Below, piece after piece: positions 27,057-35,723 of a stretch of DNA of 37,348 nt. Location of the stretch: the IMG/VR virus record IMGVR_UViG_3300025018_000065, positions 1 to 37,348 of that record. One strand, given 5' to 3'. A program made the translations under genes and the position numbers. The stretch comes from a virus (taxonomy: Duplodnaviria > Caudoviricetes). The notes below the pieces were generated by a model. The model saw only the letters and a program-made list of their open reading frames with translations, did not search any database and was not told the DNA's origin. Position 1 is the stretch's first letter. Every line of letters begins with the position of its first letter.

Positions 27057-27445
27057 TTGGCGTGTTCCTTGTAGAGGGCTTCGGTAAGTGGTTTGAGTTC
27101 CATCATCTTGGGCGTGCCGTTGACCATGCGTGCCATCAGCACCATGGGCGACTCCTGGATGGTGTGGAAGCCGAAGGACCGGGCGTACCATTCTTCGAGC
27201 TGCTGTTTGCTCAGGTTCATGTTGTCGCCCCAAGGCTGAGGGGTCAGCACCAGCACGAGGCCAGCAGCGTCAGCCTCACGGCAGACCTTGTGCATCAGCG
27301 TGGTAGCGTACCCCTTGCCTTGTTCGGCGAAGGTGGTCTCGACGTTCACGATCTCCCGTGTGGTCTTCTGGAGTGCAGGGGGCAGCGCTGGACACTGGCG
27401 GATACGCAGTGTGGCAGCACCAACGGAACGGGGTCCGGTCTTCAT
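27053..27445 (-). CDS. GNAT-family acetyltransferase
   Basis: Motif A V.T..EQGKGYATTLM, WYARSFGF; AAGGAG RBS before ATG 27445 (alternative start 27463). Confidence 0.75.
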   Translation of the reverse strand: MKTGPRSVGAATLRIRQCPALPPALQKTTREIVNVETTFAEQGKGYATTLMHKVCREADAAGLVLVLTPQPWGDNMNLSKQQLEEWYARSFGFHTIQESPMVLMARMVNGTPKMMELKPLTEALYKEHAK

Positions 27446-27462
27446 ATATTTCTCCTTGTTCA

Positions 27463-28821
27463 TCAGGTCATCCATCCGCCACCGCTTGTGGCAATACCAG
27501 CATTCTCGCGCTCTTCCATGCGCTCGCGGATACGGGGCTCTTCTGTAGCCACCACACCTATACGGAAGGCGTCGGAGCCATGAGAGGCCCAGTTATGCAG
27601 AGGGCCTAGGCTTATGCCCCGCTTCTTATCAACCTTCTCCTGGTACTGCTTCAGGGCGTCCAGGCCAGTAGCGGTCTTGCGCTTGTCGAACCACATGCGG
27701 TTCATGGCCATACGCACTGCATCGATACCATCCTTCACAGGGATGTTGGGGGCTACGCTGAACTCGATGCCCAGCTTGGAGGCAGTCTCGATGCGTGACT
27801 TGCCCGTACCTATCTCACGATGCATGATGTCGTGAGGCCCCCAATGAGTACCGTACAGGTAGTTCCTGTCGGTGAGCACTCGCGCATAGTGGTCCAGGCC
27901 GAAGCCTGATGCTTCGTAGTAGTCGATAACCCGTATCTCCTTGCCCACGAGCTGCACGAACCAGATGACCATGTTGTCGCTGATACCCAAGTCCCACCAC
28001 GTGTCCACCTTCACGCTCTTGTCGTAGGGCACGCTGGTGATACGACCATCAAACTCAGCGTCAGCGATCTCCTTGGCATAGTAGGCACCAGTGATGGCAG
28101 CGTCGAAGTCACACTCGAACTCCTGCAGGTACTCGTTGGTAGGCATCAACTTACGTAGGCGAGCCAGCTCCGTCTCGGGGAGGATGCCTGTCTGACTGGC
28201 CTTCAGCACCTGCACGAACCACTCGGGCGCTACGCTGAGCAACGTGTTGGCGTCGTTGTCGGCCAGAGCTCGCTTGTACGTGGCACCCAGCAGGTTCCCC
28301 CATCCCTTCGGAGTACCGCTGATGTCCAGCCATCCTTCTCGGTCAGCCAGAGCTGGGATGATCACGCTGGTCAGCACGCTGGGTGCAATGTCCTGGCCTT
28401 CGTCTGCCACCACTCCATCGAAGTACAGTCCACGCATGCGGTCAGCGTTCTCGGCACCGTACAGGCGGATGACTGCTCCGTTGTGGGGCATGGTGATAGA
28501 CAGCTCAGACTCGTTCTTCTTCGCCTTGTATGGCCCCCTCACGTCCAGGATGGCTGCTGAGTAGTGCTTCAGGTAGTTCCAGGCGATATCCTTGGCTTGC
28601 ACGAAGTAGGGGGCTAGGTAGCCGAAGCGTGGGTCAGGCTTCTCGCAGGTAGCAGCAGCCCTCACGAGCTTGTTGATACGTGCTACTGTCTTGCCTGCAC
28701 GACGGTGAGCCACGCTCATGGCGAAGCGTTCTGGTGCCTTGTGGTATGGCAGGAAGGCAGCGCGAGGCTTGTAAGGGATGGTAACGACCTTCAGATCGGT
28801 CGCAGGCTGCTTTGCGGTCAT
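27463..28821 (-). CDS. terL: Terminase large subunit
   Basis: AHRRAGKT, RGLYFDGVVADE, SGTPKG, QEFECDF, WDLG, SHGSDAFR. Confidence 0.95.
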   Translation of the reverse strand: MTAKQPATDLKVVTIPYKPRAAFLPYHKAPERFAMSVAHRRAGKTVARINKLVRAAATCEKPDPRFGYLAPYFVQAKDIAWNYLKHYSAAILDVRGPYKAKKNESELSITMPHNGAVIRLYGAENADRMRGLYFDGVVADEGQDIAPSVLTSVIIPALADREGWLDISGTPKGWGNLLGATYKRALADNDANTLLSVAPEWFVQVLKASQTGILPETELARLRKLMPTNEYLQEFECDFDAAITGAYYAKEIADAEFDGRITSVPYDKSVKVDTWWDLGISDNMVIWFVQLVGKEIRVIDYYEASGFGLDHYARVLTDRNYLYGTHWGPHDIMHREIGTGKSRIETASKLGIEFSVAPNIPVKDGIDAVRMAMNRMWFDKRKTATGLDALKQYQEKVDKKRGISLGPLHNWASHGSDAFRIGVVATEEPRIRERMEERENAGIATSGGGWMT

Positions 28822-28970
28822 GTGGGTGAGGGGGTAGTGTAGGGTGGATGGATACCGAGGCCGCTAGCCGATACCGATGGTAGCAGGTTGCGACCCATCA
28901 GCGCACGGACAGTCCAGCACCAGCGTGTTGAGTCGCGTCCTGGATACCACGGTATCGCGTGATGGTTCAC
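28818..28970 (-). CDS. Possible 50-aa ORF bridging terS and terL (not in ORF track)
   Basis: GTG overlaps the terS stop and TGA overlaps the terL ATG; open for 51 codons. Confidence 0.4.
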   Translation of the reverse strand: MNHHAIPWYPGRDSTRWCWTVRALMGRNLLPSVSASGLGIHPPYTTPSPT

Positions 28971-29368
28971 TCTTCACCCTGCCACTTGAATGCGATGGTG
29001 AAGGGCTTGCCATCATCAGGGTTCTTGAGCTCTATCTGGGCGATGCGTGCGTGGATGTAGGGTGCGCACTTCTCAGCGTAGGGGAAGGCAGCGATTGAAC
29101 CGCCTTGCGTGTACGCCTTGCGCATGGCCATCATCATCACGTCCAGAGGCGTGGCGTCTGCTGGCAGAGCCGAGCCATCGTGGCCTTCTTCGACGAAGCG
29201 CTTGCCTTCAGCTATCTCGTTGGCTATCTTCTTCGAGCGTCGTGTGGCTGGTGCGCTGTTCGCGCCTTTCGGGGCACCTGCACCAGCTCGAGCGCCTCCA
29301 TGGCCAGGAGCAGCAGGTTTTCGTGGGACGACCTCCGAGGCTTTTCCGAGTGGTCTGGGGTTCTTCAT
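28967..29368 (-). CDS. terS: Terminase small subunit
   Basis: GGARAGAG.PKG, TPLDVM, A..CAPYIHAR; upstream of terL. Confidence 0.8.
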   Translation of the reverse strand: MKNPRPLGKASEVVPRKPAAPGHGGARAGAGAPKGANSAPATRRSKKIANEIAEGKRFVEEGHDGSALPADATPLDVMMMAMRKAYTQGGSIAAFPYAEKCAPYIHARIAQIELKNPDDGKPFTIAFKWQGEE

Positions 29369-29604
29369 AGTCGGTTATTCAGTAGAGATGGTTTCAAGGT
29401 GCCTAGTGTCGCGCGCCGTGTGTGTGCTCGCAGAGAACAGACCGAGAATGAGGGTATGAATATGTTGAATAACCGGGTACTGCAAATATCTGGTGAATAT
29501 ATTGAACAAGGTGACTATGCAGTAATGGTCCGCATCTCAGACAGTAAGACTACCGTGTTATTTGAATAAACGCCATTGGAGCACAGGAGTACACAAACAT
29601 GGCA

Positions 29605-29652
29605 GTGGTGGTACTCCACGTGCTTTAAAAGCAACGTGGGAGTACTCACCGC
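29605..29652. repeat. Inverted repeat related to 22274-22319 within a GAGTAC-rich region
   Basis: GTGGTGGTACTCCACGTGCTTTAAAAGCAACGTGGGAGTACTCACC. Confidence 0.7.
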
Positions 29653-29663
29653 TTTTGGGTAAT

Positions 29664-30026
29664 CTAGGGAGTACTCCCATGGAGCACCTGAGAGTACCCA
29701 CGCTGATACATGCGAATGGCCAAAAGACCCTCCTCAGACAGACAAACCAGGACGCGTTTATGGCTGATTCCTTTCAACGTAACCCACCCACGCATCAGGG
29801 AATAACCCACGGACCCAGCGACTGCCCAATCTTTACCGCCGATATCTGCTGGGAGCAAACACCGTTCGCCGTACTGGTCTTGGGGCAGGGCTGCGAGCTG
29901 TTGCAATAGGGCGATAGCACCCCCACGGGCACCCACCAGCGCATCTGCGTCGTCTGCACTGACAGAAGGGTCTTGCGCGTGGTCGTGGCCCATGTAGGCT
30001 TCTTCAGAGTAAGAGCGCTTCATCAC
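29664..30026 (-). CDS. Hypothetical protein coupled to primase
   Basis: Start overlaps the primase stop; AGGAG RBS. Confidence 0.5.
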   Translation of the reverse strand: MMKRSYSEEAYMGHDHAQDPSVSADDADALVGARGGAIALLQQLAALPQDQYGERCLLPADIGGKDWAVAGSVGYSLMRGWVTLKGISHKRVLVCLSEEGLLAIRMYQRGYSQVLHGSTP

Positions 30027-32185
30027 TTGGCTCCTTTGTTCTGCTGCTTCAGGTACTGCTTACCCACACGGGTGAGCTCGTGGAGCCTGCTACGGTTTGG
30101 TCCATCCGTGATGTCCACGTAGTCCTGGTCAGCGCACCACTCCAGCACCTGCTTCATTAGCGCTGGTTTGCTGTTGAGCTGTGCGCTGACTTGGTTCTGG
30201 CTGACTGGTCCGTCGTGGTCGGCCAGAACCTGCAACACCCGAGCAGACCATGCGCGTATGCGCTTGAGCACTTCTTCCTGCTTGATGTTCTCACGCGCCT
30301 CCACGATCTGCGTACTGTCTAGCTTGGTAATCTCTGGGCGTGGGGTCAGCAGCCTGCCCTGACGCTCGAATATCTGTAGAGGCATGGGAGCGCTGTAGTT
30401 GTTCTTCACGTGCTTGCACACCACGTACTTGGACGAGGTTTCGTGGTCAGCGGGTAGTCCGTATGCGGGTGCGTCCTTCACAGGCATGGAGACCATTGCC
30501 ACCACAGAGCGTGCGTTATCCGCAAAGCTGCTGGCACCACGCAACGACCCTTGGTTGATGTCGTCAAGCTGTGCCCAAGAGCCTGCCTTGTTCATGTGGT
30601 GCAACACGATCACAGCGCAGTGAGCATGCTTGGCGATGTAGCCAAGAGTCTGCATGTACGTGGCCATGTCAGCGATGTCGTTCTCCTCGAGCTGGTGCGT
30701 GTACACCGCTGGGTCAAGCACGAGGGCACGCATGTTGCGGGACTTCAACCAGTCCACAAGCCACTGCACCCGCTGTGAGCGCTCTGGGGGGCCGAAGCGT
30801 TCTGGTTTGGTGAGCAGGAGCCATGCGGTCGTCTCGTCATCGGCTGAGTACATGAACAGGTTCTTGCGCACCGTGCCGTTGACGTCGTGCAGCATGTCGA
30901 ACGTGCCGTTGTCTGCCTCTGCCAGCGCGCCCGTTATGGCCAGTAGACGTCCACGTAGATCGTTGCTATCATCCTCGTAGGACACGAACAGGCTGCGTAG
31001 TGGTATGCGCGGCTGGAACCCGCACCACGCTTGACCCATAGCAGCGTGAACCAGAATGTGCAGCATCAGCATGGACTTGCTCACACCACCGGGTCCACCC
31101 AGCACGGTGACCTTACCCACGGGGGCGAAGCGCTCTATGGCCCACTCACGCTCAACGTGGGGTGCGTCCAACAGCGTGCTGATGTCAGCCTTGTTGTCGA
31201 ACGTATCGAAGTCGTCCATCACTCCTGCCTGCGACTGCTGGTCTTGCGTCAGGTGCCCGTTGTCCTTGAGCCAGCGTACGAGGCTTGCGTAGGTGAGGTG
31301 AGCGTGCCCATGCGAGTCAGGGCCTGTGCCCATGCACTTGACTGCGGGACGAGGGTTGCCATCGAAGTGCGCTTCGTAGTAGGCGGTCTTGGTTTCGTTG
31401 GTGGTGGTGTGCAGCTCTACGAAGGGGCAGGTGATGAAGTGCATACCCTTGTGGGCAGGGTTCTCCCGTAGGTAGATGCCAGCTTGCTTGATGGCCTGCA
31501 GGATAAAGTCTGGGCGCTCGTCAGGGATGTCCGCTGGTGCGCCTGCCTTGCGCTCCTTGGTTGTAGTGGGCTTCTGTGGTGCCCATGCCTTGCCCTTCAC
31601 ATACCACTGCTTGAACTCACTGTCTTCCAGCTTGGCAGGCATGTACATTGGCTGACTGAGGGTCCAGGACTTGTCGTCCAGCCACTCATCGATACCCAGC
31701 TTCTTGGCTGCATGGTGCGTAGTGGCTTTCAGCGTGGCTGTAGCTGCTGAGCCTTCTATGAACCGTCCTAGGGGCAACACCACACGGTAGCGAGGTTGCT
31801 CTGGTGTGTGGCTGATGCTGGTGTAAATCCAGCCTTCACCACCTAAGTCACGTAGCTTATCAGCGATGTCTGCTGGTGCTGGTGGAACGTTGGGTGTGTC
31901 GGGGGTCTGCTCGATGTCCAGTGTGATGAGTGTGCGTTGGGTGACGTTGTCGTCTCGACGCTGGGGAGGGTCTATCACCGCGCCTACAAAGTAGGGTAGG
32001 CTCATCTTCAGCTTGCTGCGCTTTGCCTTAGGCATCGAGTGGTAGTCTTCTACCGTGTAGGGCAGCTCGACAGGCTTTTTGTGGTGGAGGTATAGTTGGT
32101 GCAGGGTAGCATCGTCTGGAGAAGATGTAACGTGTTTGTTGGTCACGCCACCTTCACGCACGACGCTGTAAGGCGTTGCTGTCAT
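30023..32185 (-). CDS. Primase-helicase (AEP-like N-terminus, Zn-binding segment, AAA_25/RepA helicase, wHTH)
   Basis: LITLDIE, YTSISH..PRYRVVLP; CPF..H; GPGGVSKS, LVLDP, LHHMNK, LRGASS. Confidence 0.88.
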   Translation of the reverse strand: MTATPYSVVREGGVTNKHVTSSPDDATLHQLYLHHKKPVELPYTVEDYHSMPKAKRSKLKMSLPYFVGAVIDPPQRRDDNVTQRTLITLDIEQTPDTPNVPPAPADIADKLRDLGGEGWIYTSISHTPEQPRYRVVLPLGRFIEGSAATATLKATTHHAAKKLGIDEWLDDKSWTLSQPMYMPAKLEDSEFKQWYVKGKAWAPQKPTTTKERKAGAPADIPDERPDFILQAIKQAGIYLRENPAHKGMHFITCPFVELHTTTNETKTAYYEAHFDGNPRPAVKCMGTGPDSHGHAHLTYASLVRWLKDNGHLTQDQQSQAGVMDDFDTFDNKADISTLLDAPHVEREWAIERFAPVGKVTVLGGPGGVSKSMLMLHILVHAAMGQAWCGFQPRIPLRSLFVSYEDDSNDLRGRLLAITGALAEADNGTFDMLHDVNGTVRKNLFMYSADDETTAWLLLTKPERFGPPERSQRVQWLVDWLKSRNMRALVLDPAVYTHQLEENDIADMATYMQTLGYIAKHAHCAVIVLHHMNKAGSWAQLDDINQGSLRGASSFADNARSVVAMVSMPVKDAPAYGLPADHETSSKYVVCKHVKNNYSAPMPLQIFERQGRLLTPRPEITKLDSTQIVEARENIKQEEVLKRIRAWSARVLQVLADHDGPVSQNQVSAQLNSKPALMKQVLEWCADQDYVDITDGPNRSRLHELTRVGKQYLKQQNKGAK

Positions 32186-32427
32186 GGAAGAATCCTAAGT
32201 TGGGGAGGGTGTATTGTAACCGTGTGCTCCAGGGAGTACTCACTGAACCACTGGGATACGGTCGGTAGCGCAGGGTGTGGCAAACTACATCCCGTTGCGC
32301 TGCTGTAGGCTAAGTGGCTTTGGTTCCTTTCACACTCCTTGGGCGAATGGCCTGCTGTAGCGCAACACCTTGATTTACGTTGATGTTGTCATTGTCTCCC
32401 TTGGGCCTCGAGATCACTCGGCCCTTC

Positions 32428-32465
32428 AAGCCCCCACTGGTGCAAGCCTCTGGGGGCTTCTTTTT
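32428..32465 (+). terminator. Rho-independent terminator in divergent control region
   Basis: AAGCCCCCA...TGGGGGCTT followed by CTTTTT. Confidence 0.6.
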
Positions 32466-32477
32466 CGCCTGCTGGTC

Positions 32478-32535
32478 TTGAATACCCTACCGCGTTGAAG
32501 GGTCTTTTCAGAAAGGTCTTGGAAGAGTTCTTGAA
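32478..32535 (+). promoter_or_regulatory. Putative early promoter element (copy of 8318-8375)
   Basis: TTGAATACCC...GAAAGGTCTTGG..GAGTTCTTGAA upstream of the first plus-strand gene. Confidence 0.6.
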
Positions 32536-32582
32536 AGCCTCGACATTAACTCCATCAACAACGTTTTTCAAGGAACCACATC

Positions 32583-32771
32583 ATGTCAACATCTACCAAG
32601 CTCGTCCCCACCTTCGTGTCCTCTAACATCGAAGCTGCTGCAGAAGCCATGTTCAATGCTAACCGTGCTCGCCCTTGCGCCTGCTACACACAAGACGGTC
32701 AGGCTGTTGTGTGCAGCGCTCGCACTGCTCGCAAAAACGGCTGGACCATCGTGGCTCGCACCTGGAAGTAA
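32583..32771 (+). CDS. Small early protein, paralog of 8438..8782
   Basis: AAGGA RBS; DGQAVVCSARTARKNGW. Confidence 0.75.
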   Translation: MSTSTKLVPTFVSSNIEAAAEAMFNANRARPCACYTQDGQAVVCSARTARKNGWTIVARTWK

Positions 32772-32805
32772 TCGTCAACTCAACCCACCTGAAAGGAACC
32801 TTATC

Positions 32806-33042
32806 ATGACTACCGTACTCGCAACAGGCCCACGCCTCATCACACTCACACCGAACCGCACGTATGCCAGCGCTGAGAACGCTGTGAAGGCGGTACTCAA
32901 GGTCTTCCCGGCAGATGCTGCCCACTACTCCAACCTGACGTACTTCCTGCAGCGCACCGCAGACGACCGCTTCTTCCCAGTGTTCGTCGGTGAGCGTGCT
33001 CTGCAGGCGCAAGCCCACTTCCACTTCTGCGTGGTTGCGTAA
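32806..33042 (+). CDS. Small early hypothetical protein
   Basis: GAAAGGA RBS before ATG 32806. Confidence 0.7.
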   Translation: MTTVLATGPRLITLTPNRTYASAENAVKAVLKVFPADAAHYSNLTYFLQRTADDRFFPVFVGERALQAQAHFHFCVVA

Positions 33043-33157
33043 ATAAGCGAAAAACCCCCTGCGCGTCAGGTTAAAATACGCAAGTGAAAGGAACCGTGGT
33101 ACAGCCTCGGTATCCCTTTCACGGACTCAACATCAACGTGAAATAGGAAAAATCAAC

Positions 33158-34108
33158 ATGTCATCTAGTATCTACAAGCTCCCCGAATTTAAACAACACC
33201 CCGTAGCCCTTGCGCTCATGCCCGGTGGTATGGACTACGAAGAGTTCAACGCCTTCTGTGCTGACGTTGAAGAGCGTGGTATCCTGTTCCCTGCCTCCCT
33301 GTATGAAGGTATGGTGCTGGATGGCTGGCATCGTTACCGTGCTGCCAAGCGTACAGGCAGTGAGCTGAAGTTCATCGAATACAAGGGTAAGGACCCAGCA
33401 GGATACATCGCCTCCTGTAACGTGCTGCGTCGCAAGCTCAGCAGCCTGCAACGAGCGCTCGTTGGGGCACGCCTACACCGCGACCACGGCATCACCCAGC
33501 GTGAAGCCTGCAAGAAGTTGGGTATCAGCAACGAGGTCATCACACTGGTGCTCAAGGCCCTGGACAGCAAGAACACCAAGCTCATCAAGCGTCTTGAGTC
33601 TGAGGCTGACTTCACCCGTGGATTGCTCAAGGAAGAGCTGGAAGATGCTGGCCTGTTGCGTGCCAAGCCTAAGACCGATGTGGACGTGAGCACACTCACC
33701 AACAGCGTGTTCGACATGGGTCGTACTGGTGGTGTGGCACGTGATACCGATGGTAGTGATACAGACGACGAGGATGAAGGTGAAGACCCTATCAAATGGC
33801 TCCCCGATACTGGCAAGGGCCTGAAGGCTGACCAGCGTGCCGCACGTAAACCGAAGGACAGCGCAGCGATGGTTCTGTCTGAACAGTTCCGTGCTCTCAT
33901 GGCTGACGAGCGTGCCAGCTTCATGCAGATGATCTGGCCTATCGCCAAGAGCATCGTGCAGGCTGCTGAGTGGGGTCAGGACATCACCAGCGCAACGGAA
34001 GACTTCAAGGCTGCTGTTATGGCTAACCGTAAGCCAGCGCTCAAGGTGGTAGGGGATACCCCACTGAAGGCCCTCACCCGTGCTACCAAGAAGGCGGTAG
34101 CAGCCTAA
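33158..34108 (+). CDS. ParB/Srx-like N-terminal domain plus HTH protein
   Basis: GIL.P..LYEGMVLDGWHRYRAA, N..RRKLS..QRA, ITQREACKKLGIS. Confidence 0.8.
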   Translation: MSSSIYKLPEFKQHPVALALMPGGMDYEEFNAFCADVEERGILFPASLYEGMVLDGWHRYRAAKRTGSELKFIEYKGKDPAGYIASCNVLRRKLSSLQRALVGARLHRDHGITQREACKKLGISNEVITLVLKALDSKNTKLIKRLESEADFTRGLLKEELEDAGLLRAKPKTDVDVSTLTNSVFDMGRTGGVARDTDGSDTDDEDEGEDPIKWLPDTGKGLKADQRAARKPKDSAAMVLSEQFRALMADERASFMQMIWPIAKSIVQAAEWGQDITSATEDFKAAVMANRKPALKVVGDTPLKALTRATKKAVAA

Positions 34109-34384
34109 ATGGACCCCCTGCATCGTGCAGCCATGCGGGTATCCAAGCGCTACACCGCATCGCAACTGGACCAGCAGGGGGCAGCGCTGTACGCAGCGAA
34201 CACCCTCGTGGCCCCAACATGGCAGCAGCTCGGTGACGTAACGACGAGCGTGTGGCGTGACAAGGCAGCGCTCAAGCTATCAGGACATCCGTGCTGGTGG
34301 AGCATCAACCCAGACGGTGCAACGACAATTACCCAAGCCGCTAGCAGCCCCGGCATCTGGGCTGCAATTCAGGAGTGTATGAAC

Positions 34385-35002
34385 ATGAGTATCAATAGCA
34401 AGAAGGTCGCTGAACAACTGGACGCCATCAGCGAGGCGTTCATGGCATTGGCTGGCACCTTTCGATCTGGTGGTAGCGAAGGAGAGGATAGCGACGGAGA
34501 TGAACCGGCTGCGAAACCTGTACGGGGAGCAAAGCCTGCCGCCAAGTCAGCCAGCAAACCCGCAGCCAAGAAAGCGCAAGCGGAAGCGTCTGACGACCTG
34601 AGCATCGACGAAGTGCGTGCCAAGCTCAAGGAGCTGGTGGAAGCCAAGGGCAAGGACAAGATGGTCGAAGCCCTGGAGTCCGTGGGTGCAGGCAAGCTCG
34701 GCGACGTGGACGAAAGCCAGTACCAGGAGCTGCTGGACAAGGCGCAGGAATTCATCGATGAAGAAGATGAGCCTGCCCCCAAGAAGGCAGCACCCAAGGG
34801 CAAGAAGAAAGGCCCTTCGCTGGACGACGTGAACGAAGCAGCCAAGGCGCTGATCACCGCTGACAAGCCAGCGTACCTGAAGCTCTCCAAGAAGTTGGGC
34901 AAGCCCAGCGAGATGGAAGAAGACGACTACGCTGCTGCCATCGCTGCATACGAGCAGGCCATGCCTGAAGGCAGCGAAGATGGTGACGACGACCTGCTGT
35001 AA
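34385..35002 (+). CDS. Acidic/Lys-rich protein typical of the DUF2800-DUF2815 module (possible in-frame extension from 34109)
   Basis: AGGAG RBS before 34385; two related helical domains (SIDEVRAKL.., SLDDVNEAA..); ends DDDLL. Confidence 0.7.
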   Translation: MSINSKKVAEQLDAISEAFMALAGTFRSGGSEGEDSDGDEPAAKPVRGAKPAAKSASKPAAKKAQAEASDDLSIDEVRAKLKELVEAKGKDKMVEALESVGAGKLGDVDESQYQELLDKAQEFIDEEDEPAPKKAAPKGKKKGPSLDDVNEAAKALITADKPAYLKLSKKLGKPSEMEEDDYAAAIAAYEQAMPEGSEDGDDDLL

Positions 35003-35022
35003 TCCTGCAGCTAGGCAAACTC

Positions 35023-35046
35023 GGGGGCTTCGGCCCCCATATTTTT
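35023..35046 (+). terminator. Rho-independent terminator
   Basis: GGGGGC-TTCG-GCCCCC then ATATTTTT. Confidence 0.7.
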
Positions 35047-35059
35047 CTGGAGATAGCAT

Positions 35060-35722
35060 ATGAAAACGTATATCGGAACGAAAGTGTTACGTGCCACACC
35101 CATGAACCGCCTCGAGTACAACGCATTCCGTGGGTGGACTCTGCCCGCTGATGAGAACGGTGCCGACGAAGGCTATCTGGTCGAGTACACGGATGGTGGC
35201 AAGCCCAACACCACAACTCACGCTGGCTACGTGTCCTGGTCACCGAAGGAACAGTTCGACCGTGCCTATGTTGAGTGCGCTGATTCGAGCGCTCTTGCCC
35301 TTGAGCTGGCCTCCTCCGAGAGTACCATCCTTGGTGCTATGGCGAAGGACATGGACTACGCTTGGGCATGGCACTGCAACATCGCTATGGCTGCGTTCGA
35401 CGCTGGTTGCCCTCACGACGTGGCGAACGAAGGCGCAGCACGATTCATGCAACTGCTGGCAGGCGTGGACACTCGCAAGCATCCTGCCTTCGAGCAGACG
35501 CAACGTCCTGACCCAACGGGTACGCCAGAGTCTGACCCAACGGGTACGCCAGAGTCTGACCCAACGGGTACGCCAGAGTCTGACGAGCAGGCGGTGATCA
35601 AGGAGTTCGCCTTCGAGCAGGGTCTGAACGGCACTACCGCATACGACATCGAGAAGCTGGTGGCTGCTGCCCCTGCTCCGACCGTGTTGGTTGTCGGCGA
35701 AGAAACTGGCCTGACAGACTGA
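35060..35722 (+). CDS. Two-domain phage protein (YIGTK...EGYLVEY...SWSPK domain plus WHCNIAM domain)
   Basis: GGAG RBS; N-terminal domain recalled as often fused to DUF2829/Gp49-type domains. Confidence 0.7.
   Translation: MKTYIGTKVLRATPMNRLEYNAFRGWTLPADENGADEGYLVEYTDGGKPNTTTHAGYVSWSPKEQFDRAYVECADSSALALELASSESTILGAMAKDMDYAWAWHCNIAMAAFDAGCPHDVANEGAARFMQLLAGVDTRKHPAFEQTQRPDPTGTPESDPTGTPESDPTGTPESDEQAVIKEFAFEQGLNGTTAYDIEKLVAAAPAPTVLVVGEETGLTD
35508..35584 (+). repeat. 24-bp tandem repeat x3.2 (DPTGTPES)
   Basis: CTGACCCAACGGGTACGCCAGAGT three times exactly, then CTGAC. Confidence 0.95.
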
Positions 35723-35723
35723 T

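Noticed and set aside
27057-27233. 59-aa N-terminal extension of portal in the ORF track
   Set aside because: Overlaps the GNAT gene; ATG 27056 with ATGA coupling is the more plausible start
33158-34108. Plasmid-prophage parABS system or lysogeny module
   Set aside because: No ParA, integrase or CI-like repressor recognised
35508-35584. CRISPR array
   Set aside because: Units are head-to-tail with no spacers and are in frame within a CDS
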